From positions 124,001 to 188,000 of the forward strand of contig JADIIX010000022.1 in assembly GCA_027604505.1 (NCBI GenBank): DNA of 64,000 nt. The letters are read 5' to 3'. The notes under the pieces were generated by a model. The model was given only the letters and a program-made list of their open reading frames with translations. It ran no database searches and was not told where the DNA came from. The translations under genes and the position numbers were made by a program. Position 1 is the first letter of the stretch, and each line of letters begins with the position of its first letter. This document shows, piece after piece, positions 38,370 to 51,228 of the stretch. This DNA is from Gonapodya sp. JEL0774 (lineage: Eukaryota).

Positions 38370-40620
38370 TCAGTATCCAAAATCTTCACTTCGCAGGGTG
38401 ATAGATTTCCGGGAAATAGAAGCTTGAACCCCTTGCATGAAATTTGGAGGACCGCAAACAAAAACTTCAACTTTCTCGTCGCCCTCGGGCAAATTGAGCA
38501 GAGAGGAGATATCAATAGCCGATGAAGGAATTGAATAAAAGTTGAAAGGTGTCAAGACCGCCGTGTCGTCCTTTCCTTCTCCTGCATGAAAAGTACAAAG
38601 GCTGGACAAAATCTCCGGGATGATGGTGGATTCCAAGGACGGAGCAGCACTCTTTATCACCTGCTCAACTGTGTACATTTGATCCCTAGTGATCACAAAA
38701 GTCGCCGTCACCCTTGGAAGAAGACTGGTGGGTAGTTCCCTTCGTCTCTGAATCTCAGGAACCAGAAAGTCCGCCCATATAATAGATGGCATGAGCTCTG
38801 TCGCCGTGCTTGCAACATACACAATGTGTGCTGAGATGCAGCTTGTACGGTCTCCGGGGATACGGCTCGCGCGAAGACCTCGCAAGGTTGCAAGTGAAGG
38901 TGTAATCCCTGCACCGGCGACTGCGAACGTGATCCTACGATTCGAGAGACTTGAAGCTGCCAAATCGCTTGTTCCGTGAATCTCATTGTCCGCGCTGAAC
39001 GCCGTGAATTCACCGTCAATGCCGACGATTGATGCGTGCACTTTTTCCTCCTCGGGTCTCTCATTGTATCCTGCTCGAGTGAGCTGATGCAAAACAGTCG
39101 TTACAAGTCCGCCTTCCTTAACCTTCACCGTAAGTTCCAACTCGTTTGTCTTCCAGTCATTATCTGGTCGCCAACCGTCGCCACCGTTACTGACAGTCCA
39201 CACCCGTACAAGATCATCGTTTCCTCTGAACGTATCCTCATGTCCCAGGTGCAGGCTGAGACGATCACGCAGTTTAACCAAGGGTGCGAATCGATCGAAC
39301 GATAGGATCGCGTGTTGTCCGGGAAGGAAACGGACGGCTTCACTGAGCCAGAACTTGTAGGCATTGATTGTCGGAGAAAGAATTTCCACACTGGTGAGGA
39401 TGGCAGAGACGCTCTTTTTGCTTGCATGGTTATCAAGGCGAGCAGATTTGGGGTTGAATGGCGATCGTTCCACCAGAGTCGTGGCGAAAGGGAAAGGGTT
39501 GCTGGTAGTGTCAGTCTCGGACGGATCAACCAAAATTCCTTGCAAGGGCTCAAAAACCACACATCTGGAGAATCCGGGGGTGAGCTCGGTCGCTTCGTCA
39601 CCGGAGGCAACACGTGCTTTCCCCGAAAGGTAAAGCACGCTCGGCGGTGTGTGGATGTCACCATGCTTCTCAGTCTCCGCAAGGTCCACGATCACAATCC
39701 CGGCTACCCCATCGGAATTGATGTTACCTAGTGTCTGAAACATGTTGTTTCCCTTGAAGTCTGGCCACACAAGGGTGCGACCATCATCAAGAAGACGTAG
39801 AAAGCCCGGGTTGCCTCCCCGATGCGACGCATCCAAGCGGTTCGACCCTGAATAGCGCGTTGCAACGAAAAAGGTATCAGCCGTGGATATGATGCGCTCT
39901 GCTTCGGGTGGGAGTTTAGAGTCGCCTGAGACAAGGATGACAGATTTGGGTGAGGCAGTAGATTTCGCATTTGGTGCTGGAAAAGATTCGGTAGTGGTGG
40001 CCTCGGGAAGTTTCAAAGAGCGTGCTTGGATGTATTTCGGGCAGTTTCTTGATCACAAACCATTGCGGATGAGGATGATCCGTTATGAAGTCCCACGATG
40101 CTCCTTGCACTCACCCAAAGGATTCTTCAATTTGAACTTGAAGCTCTAAGATGGAACTTTTCTCATCGAAACGCACTGCTTTTATAAATCCATTCGCTCG
40201 ATTACGCCGCCGATTGTGCAGCATAATGCCGAGAAGACCTATTGGAACCCTTTCGGAAAGATTCTCAAACTTTTTTGAAGAACGTTCAATGACGCCCTTC
40301 AAGTTACGCCAAAGTGGATCGCCTTCTGTGTAAACCGTTCGCACAACGAGCGTCTCGTCATCCGGACTTTCCGCCACCCGAACACCGGCTGCAATCATCT
40401 CCGGCTTCAAAGACACAATACTGGCCCACGGGAGTCCATGCTCATCCACAGTCGCGGCAACGAGGAACGGTAGTTGTTCGAAAAAATGTCGATGTTGGTC
40501 GGGAAGATAAGATTTGATTGCTTGTCCCATTGCATAAACCTCGGAAAATGGAACGCCCGAAAGGCGTTGAACGGCGGCTATGACAACGGATGTTGGAGCC
40601 GGGAGGAGCAAGGGAGACAT
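38370..40620 (-). CDS. PNPOx-like FMN-binding / ferredoxin-reductase-type FAD-NAD oxidoreductase fusion
   Basis: LPDQHRHFFEQLPF, GLPWAS, RRRNRANG, ESFG-NCPKYIQAR, DASHRGGNPGF, WPDFKGNNMFQTLGN, FLPGQH, AGAGITP, VFVCGPPNF, SEDFGY; one intron near 40050-40112. Confidence 0.92.
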
Positions 40621-41241
40621 TGCAGATCAAACTCACTTTCGCCCTCATGGAACTTGGGATCCATTGTGTTTCTGATGTTGTGCTGTTTCGATGACGCTTT
40701 GATTGAAATATGGCAGGTTGCACGGCGTGGGAACAAGTGAACGTGAATGCAGTCTGCTGCAGCTCATAAGGGAGGAAGGTTTTCCGGCTTGGTTGGGTTT
40801 ATGAGGTGACTTGAATGATGTTGCTGGGGCCTTGAAAGGGCTGGTCACGAGCAACGAAATTCTCATGGACAACGAAACTCTTACGACTACCATATTCCTC
40901 CACTTTCAGACGCAGACATTTTCATGCGAAAAGCCAGCACCCCAGATACATTGTGAGAGTGTTTAGCGCCCGGCTCATCGCCCCTGGAAAAGCCCTCGCC
41001 TGTTTAGTCCAAGTGTCACCTGTTTGCAAACGTATGCAATTTTCGGTTGCACTTTACATGGCACTTCAAGACCAGATATGCAAGTGAGTTGTTGCTGTTG
41101 TTGCAGTTTGGCTACTTGAGCTGTGTATAGATATATCTGGATGGGCAAATATATAAACTTGCAGACCAAAGCTTTTGGTGGATGTGATGGGGATGATTCT
41201 CCTGCTTCCCATAATTTCACTGAATTGGAACCCGATCTTGG

Positions 41242-42280
41242 ATGTCCAAGAAACCATTACTTGCTGATGATTCGTTAGCTCCTCCTCCTGCCGGGAGAGG
41301 AGAGTTTTCCCCAACAAAGGCCGCTGAGCCGAGTAGCCAACCCCTCCGTCGACACCCAACAACTTCGAATGGAGTGTGGGCGTGGGCACAGTACTACGTG
41401 TATTACTTGTGCGTTCACGATCGCTGCTTGGACTGATCATTCTGCGTTAAGTTTTTCGTGCAATGAAGGTATGCGTTGCAACAACAAGAATCATGGAGAA
41501 CAATTTCCACTGTAATCTGGGTCGTGACAGGGGGGTGGCTTGTGTTCCTGGTTTATGTATGGGTGAGTCCACATGCCGCATCGGGAGCTTGAGATAATGA
41601 CGATTGTTAGAGACACCTGTTGACACGCCGGCAACGACTGCCAACAGGGTGTAGTGGCGCTCATTGTGACGCTCGTGTGCATACCTTATTCCCTTGAAGC
41701 GGCAAAATTTTCACTGTAAGTGCGCTTGGCTGGATGACCGGAAGCCATTCTGAAGACCTTCCGCAATCGTCACCGAAGGTTTGCGCTCAACCCCATTGGC
41801 CATGAAATTGTCACCAACGTAAAACCAAAGTCATTTCAACAAGATATCAAACACCCGTATACAGTTGCGGCAAATATCGTGTGGTTTCTTCTCGCAGGGT
41901 TGGTCCATCTTTACCCCTATGTCCAAAGCCATGCTCACTTCTTATCTGCAATAGATGGCAGATCGTTTTGATCCATTCGGTGCTGGGGCTTGCATGCGCA
42001 CTTACTGTGGTGGGGTTAGGGACATCACTCCTTCACTTCAAGATGGCATGGTTTGGCGCGTCTGCATTATCGTACTTCTTTCAAATGGTCTGCATACATT
42101 CTCACATCCTGTCTTCCTTGTAATAGTTTTCCGTTCGGTCGCTCACCACGAGCTGTCCGACCGCCTCCTCTCCCGGTCAGGCCCTTGAGTCGTGCTGCAA
42201 CAAGCGCCGAGAAGCGATATGGTATCAAACCAGGATATCTCCCTCGCGCGGATACGTCTCTCTACTTTGGAAAAGGTTAA
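41242..42280 (+). CDS. Stand-alone YccF-like membrane protein with two YccF repeats (multi-exon)
   Basis: Spliced exons give WRTISTVIWVVTGGG...LIVTLVCIPYSLEAAKFS..FALNPIG and AANIVWFLLAG-WQIVLIHSVLGLACALTVVGLG..HFKMAW..FPFGR, the N-I-W...IP...PFG pattern of YccF. Confidence 0.72.
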
Positions 42281-42499
42281 GCTTTGACCCAACATCATGC
42301 TTAGTATACGTCCTTCGAGCAGAGGGGCAGAGGGATGAATCAAAGAGAGTATCTTTGTTGTTGTTTTGTCAAACAGAATGTAATGGATCAAACTGTATAA
42401 TTGTACGAGAACGACTACGATTTGAGAAGACACAATCTCCATTGAAGGGAACGCTGCAGGGCATCTCCCCACATATCGCCCATTCATCGTAGCTCATCG

Positions 42500-45400
42500 A
42501 TGGCTCCCGCAAGAGTCAGTACGCGTCCTTCCGTACGCTCTGCATTCTCCCTCGTACCGCTCGCGTCGGCAATGTCTTTGCCCACGTCCCGGTCACCCCA
42601 GAATCCCTCTTCTGAGGACGACGATCACGACAGGCAGCGCCTTCTGGAAGCACGACTGAGTTCGGACTCACAAAATTCATCAAATGGACACCAAGCTCGT
42701 GCGATTGAAGCGAAGGGTGGTTGGGTTGGGTGGATTCGGGGGGTAACAGGAGCGAATGCTGATCACGAGCTCACACCAACGGAACGGCGTAAACAGCTTC
42801 TTGGAAACAAAGTGCGCTATGTTGGCGCCTGCTATGCAGTGTGCTATGTGGGAATGTGAGTTGTATGACTTCTGCTAAGATCTCGGTCTTGCATAATTAC
42901 TTTCCTTGTCGACAAATCTCTCTAAGGAATGTTGCTGGGTCCTATACCACCGCAGTATTCGGACCGGATACAGGTCTTTTGGCTCTTGCGCTACTTAATT
43001 CCTGTTTTGGAATTGGATCCCTTCTTGCACCATCTGCATCGGTGTGGATCGGAGGTGGTGCTGCCAGAAGTATGTTCCTCTCGGCCACCACTTTCCCGCT
43101 CTATATCCTCGCCGTAAGTGCTTTTTTGAGCCGGCTCAACCGTAATCATGTGGTTGAAAGTCTATTCTACACTCTCAAAGATAACTCTGGGGCATTTGCC
43201 ACTACACATTGTCGCTTCCACACTCTACGGATTTGGTATCGGTCTTATGTGGTTTCAGCAGGGAGTATATATCAACCGTGCGTACACTCTTGCTGGTGGC
43301 TTTCCCGGATTCTTCTCCGGCAAGTTTTACCAGGTGTTCACAGTGAATGGAGTGGTAGGGTAGGTTCTCTGTTCAAAGTATCGGAAAGGCTGAATTATAC
43401 CTTTGTCTCACTTTCCCAAAACTAAAGGAATATCCTAGCGCTCATTCTCTTCCGATTTAAGCTGGGTTTAAGAATTGTGTTGTGGACAATGCTGGCCATC
43501 ACATGTGCTGGACTCGGAATGTTTTGGTTTGTGGATTCTCTCGAAGAAGAAGATTGTTTATCCGGAAACATCGCGTTTGGAGGGGATTCAAAAACATCCG
43601 AGAGCAAAACCGGCGGCGCAGGTGCTTATTTGATGGATGTTATCAAAACTGCTAGGTCCAGAGTAGAGAGAAGTCATAAGGAGAACGGTGGAGGGGGCTA
43701 CGCCAAGCTGGATTTGGAAAACGAACGCACCACAGACTCCATGGTTAAAGAAGTTGGCAATGAAACCGAAATCCCTCCAGATCACGATTTGAATCTGCAT
43801 CGCGAAAGCGATAACGAATCATACGAGAGTGAAAGCGAAAATGAAAAGGATGGTGATGGAGCTTCGCCAGTCCTTCCCAAAACACCTTCCACTCCCGCAC
43901 CACCACCTCCGAATGCATACGCTACAACTCCTTCACTAGGATCGCGTTTGTCAAGCATTTTTTACGTCGCAGTTGTGCGGCCCGGTCGCTTCTTCGTTCC
44001 ATGGCCCTTCCTCTTCGGTGTTTCTGTAGTGATATCCGGTGGTCGTTTCTCTGCGCTGATGAACTTCACAATGGGGGTAGATCGAGCGGCTGCGCACGTT
44101 CCACTGGTTAACCTCTGCGGCGCGGCAGCTGGCTGGATCTCATCCAACGTGAGTGGGGTAATTCGTGAATTTGGGCTCTGCTCTGCGTGGGGCTTGTAGT
44201 ACCATGTAAGATCCATAATCTACTACCCACCATACAGTTTGCCGGACCCGCTTTTGATAAACAAGGCTGGAAGCTTTTGGTTGCTGTGCATGCAGCGGCT
44301 TTGCTTTTGAACTACGGTGTGGTTGCTCTTGAGCTCGCTGAAGACGATCATCCTTCGTGGAAGCCAGACCTTCCCGGCTTGCCTGAAGGGGCGAAAGAGT
44401 GGTTGTTTCTGTTCAATGGGGCCATGTTTGGACTTGCAGATAACCTTATGGGTGAGTCCATTCTGCAATTACATGTATTTCGAGATGATCTTACAATAAC
44501 GCTCTTGCAGCCACTGTTCGAGACGCATCAGTCGTTCTTTGGTTCTCTGCAGAAGAGGCGAGATCTGTGTTTGCACTCTCGAGATTCTGCTATTGTGTGA
44601 GTTGCAGCTCTCCTCACCGAACCCCCCTTTGCTTGAACCTTTGATTCATCTGATTTTGAAGCTCGGCTATGCAATAGTAGCATTTCTCAGTCCAATCCTA
44701 TCAACATTGCAGACCATGATTCTTCACTTATCGCTGTACGCTGTCGTTGTCTACATCTACCACCATGGAACCGAATTTGTCCATGCACAGCACGCGTTGG
44801 GTGCAGTACTAGAGTACCCCATTGCACCCACAAGTCTACCAAATCCCCACACACCGCAACGTAGCCTCAATCTCATTGATCATGGCGCATCCGAAGATTC
44901 GCTCTTGACCCGAGCCCGCCCTCGCCTCGATCACGAATCCCTGATTGCCATCAAGGCGTCGGGATTGCACAGTGTCCTTGCTGGCAGTGTTGCTGGAATG
45001 GCACCGAAGAACTTGGTTCATGTGTTAACTCATCGAGAGACGAAGCTTGGACTTGTGGGCCCCGTTGAAGCGGCGAGGCTGGCGAGCGCAGCGAGTCTTG
45101 GTATGAGTTGGGGCGGAGTGGACGCGAGTAGAGCGAGTATGGGGACACTAGGAACAAGGAGGAGACTCTCAAGCTTAGCAACACGCGCAATGAGCCCGAG
45201 GCGTGCCGCGTCTAAAACTCCATCGTTGGCTGTGGCGGCAAGGGCGGGAACAGTGTTAGACGGTCCACTGGAGTCAAACTCCGCCAGCCCGATCAGCTTC
45301 GCATCCCCCGACAGCATGACGAATGATACGTGGCCTCCTGTTTCTCCGACCAACTCAACACGCCCCTGGCGCGCTTTTCAAGGAGGCCCTAGGAGACAAG

Positions 45401-45729
45401 CAACCCTACGAAGCAGCAATGCAGCTGCCGTGGGGACAGAGTTGGCTCGTGGTGAGCCGTACAATGTTGGGTCCATGAACTTGTTAGCCGGTGTCACTAC
45501 TGCAGCGTCGGTGGCAGGGGTGGGCACGCAGATACCCAATTTGGAAACTGCACCGTCTTCGCGGCAGGGCCCCAGTGCTCAGGTTGCGGTCAGTGGAATG
45601 GGTCTCCCGCCATCAGAATCTCCACCAAGAAGAGCTCGAGGCAGTCAGAGCACGAGAAGGTCGCGACAGGGTGAATTGGGGAATGGTGAAGGGGGGTCGC
45701 CACCAATGAGGGCGAGAAACGAACCATAA
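42500..45729 (+). CDS. UNC-93-like MFS membrane protein with a long low-complexity tail
   Basis: GLLALALLNSCFGIGSLLAPS, ASTLYGFGIGLMWFQQGVYI, acidic central loop, second TM bundle, S/A/R-rich C-terminus. Confidence 0.78.
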
Positions 45730-46111
45730 AACAAATTAGAAAGGCAAACCTTCGGACGGATTGGGAATGGAGTGAATGAAACTTCGAATAGCCGGCTCCT
45801 GGGCGTGGTGACCTATTTGCACGTTAATTCGCTCGCGCATGGCAATTTACAAATAGCACGGTAGATAACACAAAATAACACGCAACTTTGCACAACATGG
45901 ACACTGTAAATATAATCATGAAAGCTGAGCAACTTCTGTTGGAACAAACAATTGAAATGGGAAGGTATAACTGGAAAGAGAGGGGCCAAGTACCGGAAGG
46001 AAAAATAGAAGGGGATGCGCCTCAAACGTTTCAGTCATTTCATACCGACCACACATCCCCCAAAATGACTTGGAATGTCCGAAATGCTCTGGATGTGTCA
46101 CATTAATGGCT

Positions 46112-47386
46112 TCAGGACATGTCCATAGCCATCGCTGTGGAGCCTGCAGATGCGGCCCGCCAGGTAGCAACATACGCCATGGGATCCGTGCCACAGCCAT
46201 TGTCCGCTTCATCATTCATCTCAACTTCGACCTCCACCGAGAAAGTGAAAGGCATTCGAGCTTGAGGATCGGACGTGATGCTTTCTTGTTCCCATGACGG
46301 CCGAGAAGATTCTGGAACTCCTCTTTCTGTGGCTATAGAAATACCCATGGTGTCCATGTCAACTCCAGAGTCCTGAGGTGCAGTACGAGGATGGTAGTAC
46401 CATGCATCGCCGCTCCGCTGGAGGTCGCTGTCTGGATGATCTGACAAGTCGTGATGGTCTCCACCACCCATCACAGCACCAGCGTCGCTCACGGCATCAA
46501 AGTCCTCCTCTGGATCTTCGTACAGGGGTGGTTCAGGGGAAGGTGACGGGAATCTGTTTAGTGTTTCCCCCGGTGTGGAAAGGAAGGAGAGGGCGGGAGA
46601 GGGAGAACGGAGCCAACGCTCAACGGGGCGGTAAGGTGCAATAGGTGATCCGTATTGGTGAGAAGTGTCTGTAGGGTATGTGCGGTGGGGAGATGGGCTC
46701 GTCGCTCTTCCATCGCGGCCCTTGCGGCGTTTCGAAGGTGCAGCATCAGCGCCACTGCCCGTGGACGACGAGGAAGATGATCTACGAGTCCCGAGGAGAT
46801 TAGGCATCGACGAAGAGGGAGCGAGAAGTCTTAGGTGGGCTCTGGAGCTCGGCGGGACCGGGAACACAGCATCACGGCGATGAGGGGCAGAAGACGGCGA
46901 AGGCGTGCGCGAAGTGACACGAGATCGGGACTCATGCTGCGATTGCAGGGGGGCGATTGGGAGAAGTAAGTCGGGCCGGGGCAGATGTTGGTGTTGTTGG
47001 TGCAACCCCAGCCCAAACGGATTAGTACCCGCCGCTTGACGTCGAGCTGGGGACCTCACACGGCCGTTTGGAGAGCCAGGGGTGGACCGTATGCGCAGAT
47101 TTGCGTTTCCCCAAGGGGCATCGGGCAGCCTGGGTGGCGATTGCTGGGATTCTGTACCCCGGGATATCCCGTCAGTGTCACAATCGTCATCACTTCCGTG
47201 CGAGCGACCTCTGGATCTTTTGTTACGGGTGTTAAGAAAATCGCCCCATTCGCGAAACGCAGTTTGCGGCTCGTCCATCGTCTTGATCGATGGAAGATTT
47301 GCGAAATGCGCTTTCCCGTCAGTGGGGGACGGGGACACCCCTTGCAATCGACCACGAACCCTCACACTTGCCCTGAAAACCATCAC
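46112..47386 (-). CDS. Hypothetical S/P/R-rich protein
   Basis: 424 aa ORF (start may be ATG at 47278); low complexity, KRRKGR basic patch; no domain recognised. Confidence 0.55.
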   Translation of the reverse strand: MMVFRASVRVRGRLQGVSPSPTDGKAHFANLPSIKTMDEPQTAFREWGDFLNTRNKRSRGRSHGSDDDCDTDGISRGTESQQSPPRLPDAPWGNANLRIRSTPGSPNGRVRSPARRQAAGTNPFGLGLHQQHQHLPRPDLLLPIAPLQSQHESRSRVTSRTPSPSSAPHRRDAVFPVPPSSRAHLRLLAPSSSMPNLLGTRRSSSSSSTGSGADAAPSKRRKGRDGRATSPSPHRTYPTDTSHQYGSPIAPYRPVERWLRSPSPALSFLSTPGETLNRFPSPSPEPPLYEDPEEDFDAVSDAGAVMGGGDHHDLSDHPDSDLQRSGDAWYYHPRTAPQDSGVDMDTMGISIATERGVPESSRPSWEQESITSDPQARMPFTFSVEVEVEMNDEADNGCGTDPMAYVATWRAASAGSTAMAMDMS

Positions 47387-47669
47387 AGCAGCAAAATCTG
47401 CGCCAACGACCAGTGTAACCCCGCTCGCTTGCCCAAAATAAAGGGTGGACAGTCACACCAAAACATTTGCTGTTTATTATTCCCGTACTGCCCTCGTGAC
47501 AGGAAGGACGAGGAGAGATGGGCAACCCATTATCCGAACTTGATCACCATGCCTGACAGTACTCCTACCCTCCAACTACCCTTCTCACTCCCTCGCTCTT
47601 CTTAATATGAAATGCTCCCAAAACATAGCGCCAATTGACATGATGTCAAACCACCCACAGAACACAGAC

Positions 47670-48209
47670 TCATAATTTCTCCGAGCTGCTGTTGGGCTTG
47701 GGCAGCATAAGTCCATACCTTTTGCATGACGCTACCAGTTCCCCACGTTGATTGTAAGCCCGATGAAGGAACTCCACCACGCCCTGTCCCTTGCGCGATT
47801 TTGAGGGGCGCGTAGAGAGCACTTCAGATTCCACCCGAAGAGTATCGCCGTGGAAAACAGGCCGTGGGAATCTAACCTCATCCCAACCCAGATTTCCCAC
47901 CGTGGTTCCCAGGGTCGTATCTCCTACGGAGATTCCCACCATGAGCGCCAGAGTGAACCCGCTGTTAACGATGCGGGTCTTGAACTCAGAGTTCTTGTTC
48001 ATATAATCCTCGTCTAAATGCAACGCAGCCGGGTTGTGCGTCATGGCCGTGAAGAGCACATTGTCCGTCTCCGTGACGGTTCGCCGCATGGGATGCTTGA
48101 AGATTTGCCCAACCTGATGCGAGATGGTTGTTTCAGATGGAAGGGATGGGATCCGGAAAGGAAGGATCTTCATGCTCACACGAAATTCCTCAAACCATAA
48201 TCCAGGCAT
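47670..48209 (-). CDS. MaoC-like (hotdog-fold) acyl-CoA dehydratase/hydratase
   Basis: MPGLWFEEFR-VGQIFKHPMRRTVTETDNVLFTAMTHNPAALHLD...NLGWDEVRFPRPVFHGDTLRVESEV; 66-nt intron 48114-48179; ends EKL. Confidence 0.95.
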   Translation of the reverse strand: MPGLWFEEFRVSMKILPFRIPSLPSETTISHQVGQIFKHPMRRTVTETDNVLFTAMTHNPAALHLDEDYMNKNSEFKTRIVNSGFTLALMVGISVGDTTLGTTVGNLGWDEVRFPRPVFHGDTLRVESEVLSTRPSKSRKGQGVVEFLHRAYNQRGELVASCKRYGLMLPKPNSSSEKL

Positions 48210-48591
48210 CGGTTCAGCGCTTCGAGAAATTAGTGATGTTTGTCTCCCGGTTTACTAGTTTACCCGGAGCCGACGATTTTATTGCGGTACAATTGTGGTA
48301 CTTTGTACCACAAACTGTCCATCTGAATTTTACGCGCATATTCATGACAAACTTCAATATGTGCCGCATGTGCTGGGGCACATAAGCAACGAACAGATCT
48401 CCGTACCTTTGAGCTGGAGCGTCTCATAACTCATTCAATGAACGAAAACGATATGATCATCTTGAACACACGGAGCTTCCCGAAGATCCTTCTCGGATGG
48501 CTATGTTGGTGTCGGTCTTGGGAACAATTCGGTTCTTCCACGTTCGGCAGGGACATCAAAACGAACAGAGGACGGTCCGAAAAGCACTACT

Positions 48592-51228
48592 ATGCCTATA
48601 TTCAAGAGCAAGCATCCGGACATTGAGATCCCCGACGTTGACGTGAGTGGGAAGAAGGGTGGATTTGAGCTTATCTATAATTGAGACTTGGTTTCCCCCA
48701 ACTACCAGATATTCAACTTCATCTTCCCATCCTCTCCTGACTATTCCACCCGGGCCGCCTTCGTTGACGGTGTCACAGGCGAGAGAATTAGCTATAAGGA
48801 CCTGCAATCTGTCTCAGAAGACTTTGCTGCTGCTCTGCAGGGAAAGTATGTTGATAAAATTTCATTGAAGAAGTGGGGGTTTGTTTGACCGCTTGTTTGA
48901 TCTTGCAGATATGGTTTGAAGGAGCAGGAAGTGCTCGCTCTGTTTTCACCAAACGACCGTAAGTGTTGATCGTGTGCGAGATACCAGAGCGAGAGAAATT
49001 TTGACAACTCTCCATGTGTGACAGTGCACTATCCTATTGCTCTTTGGGGAGCTCTTCGTATTGGTGCGATCGCAACAACAGTGAACAACACATGTGCGTT
49101 GTGGTCGATCTCTTCCGACTTCTACATCGCTTACGATTCAAAAATCCACAGACACCACTGAAGAACTCGTCTATCAGCTTCGCGACGCTGGTGCGCGAGT
49201 CCTTTTGACACATTCGACGGTGTTGTCAACCGCCCTCGAGGCCGCCCGCATTGCAGGAATCCCTACGGATGCGATTCTGCTCTTCTCAAGGGACGAAGGG
49301 GACTTATCTCAGAGGATGTTCCCCACAATCAAAGAGCTTCTTGTCGAGTGGGGTGGTAAAAGGAGGACGGGAGACTTGGTGCTGAGGAACTTTAGGCTGG
49401 GGAAGGAGGCAAAGGAGAGAATCGCCTTCTTGTGTTACAGGTGAGATGGCTCGCCCAAACAATGCAGTGACCTTCTCACACTATGGTTCAAAAGTTCGGG
49501 TACTACTGGCCGGTCCAAGGGCGTGATGATCTCACACCGCAACGTGGTCGCAAACGTGTGTCAGTTAAACGCTGCCCAGGCTGAGGAGCTTGCGCCTTTT
49601 CCTCACGATATACTGCTTGGAGTTGTCCCTTTGTACCAGTAAGCTTGCTTGATGGGTTTGTTGCGGTACAACCAACGTCTCTGACCAGGATCTGTCGCTG
49701 AACAGCATTTATGCCCTCATTAGCATGGGTCAAACCGCCTGTACTCGCGGCTGTACGACGGTCCTTTTGCCTAAGTTTGAACCTAGTCTTTTCTTATCTT
49801 GCATTGAAAAGTGAGATCAAAGCTATCTGACGCCGTATCGATCGGGGAACCTGATCACAATGTTCCAGGTACAAGGTTTCCGTTCTTTACCTGGTCCCAC
49901 CAATTATTCTCTGTGAGGAAAGGAATGATCGGTGTCGTGCCCAGAGTTCTCATCTGACACCACTATCTATTCCCAGTTCTTTCCCAGCACCCAGCTGTGG
50001 ATCAAGTTGATACAAGCTCAGTTAGAATTGTGTGGTCCGCAGCTGCTCCACTGCCATGGGAAACAGTTAATCAACTGAAAAGACGCAAAGGATTCAGGAA
50101 CATTGTGGTGCAACAGGGATTTGGAAGTTAGTAGGGAGACGACGCCTGCTTTCATTTCTCGATTCTCACTCGGTTCTAGTGACCGAGTCAGCCACGGCGA
50201 TCACCATAACACACACATACAACGTCCGCCCTGGTTCTATTGGTGAGATTCTTCCAAATATTGAAGTCAAGATTGTGGATCCTGAAACCCAGAAGGAGCT
50301 CGATGTAGAGAAGGAGGGCGAGGTGAGCCAAGTGGTGTGAGACAATCAAATTTCAACCTATTTTGAGCAATTTGAATTCGTGCTTCCTCTGAATCCCTTT
50401 AACTTTCTGGAAGATTTGGGTTCGAGGACCCAATGTTTGTTCTCCGACTTGGTTGCAGGTTGGGGTAACGGCTTCTAAATACTAACTGAGCCTGTTCGAC
50501 AGATTACACTTGGATATCTAAACAACAAGAAAGCCACCGACGAGACGTACAGAGATGGTTGGCTCCTCAGTGGTATATGTCGGGTCGTGCGGAAATGCAT
50601 TAGACGCAGTTAACCTTGCGATTCCCTGTTCAAAGGTGACCTCGGTGTGGTAGACAAGGACCAGCACTGTTATATACGGGATAGACTGAAAGAGATGATT
50701 AAAGTTAAGGGGCTTCAGGTTGCACCTGCGGAGCTCGAAGCTCTTCTCGTGGAGCACCCTGCAGTTGCGGATGCATGTGTAGTCCAGATCCCGGTGTGTT
50801 GTTTCTGAGACAGTCGAGGTTGATCGGAGGTCGTGTTAATTTTCTTTGCTCTATCAATAGGATGAGAGAAGGGGAGAGATGCCTCGGGCGTACGTTGTCC
50901 TCAAACCAGTGAGTTTTGCACAAGTGCAACCAACACCAGTGAGCTATCTAAATTTCTCGCAGTCATACGAGAAGGGGAATCATGATGCAATCAAAAAGTC
51001 CATCCATGAATTGTTTCAGAGTAGGCTTGGTGAGTGATGACAATGGGTGCATAAAACGAGCGATATTAATCCTGATGGTTACTTCGCTCAGCCCGCCACA
51101 AGCAGCTCGCTGGTGGTATCGTGTTTATTCAATCAATACCCAAGAATCCAAGTGGCAAGCTGCTCAGGCGAGTTCTCCGGGAGCGCGCCAAACATGAGTC
51201 GGCAGTTACACCAAAGTCCTCCCTTTAG
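48592..51228 (+). CDS. 4-coumarate:CoA ligase-like AMP-dependent acyl-CoA synthetase, peroxisomal
   Basis: [76 protein letters not shown]; ends KSSL. Confidence 0.95.
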
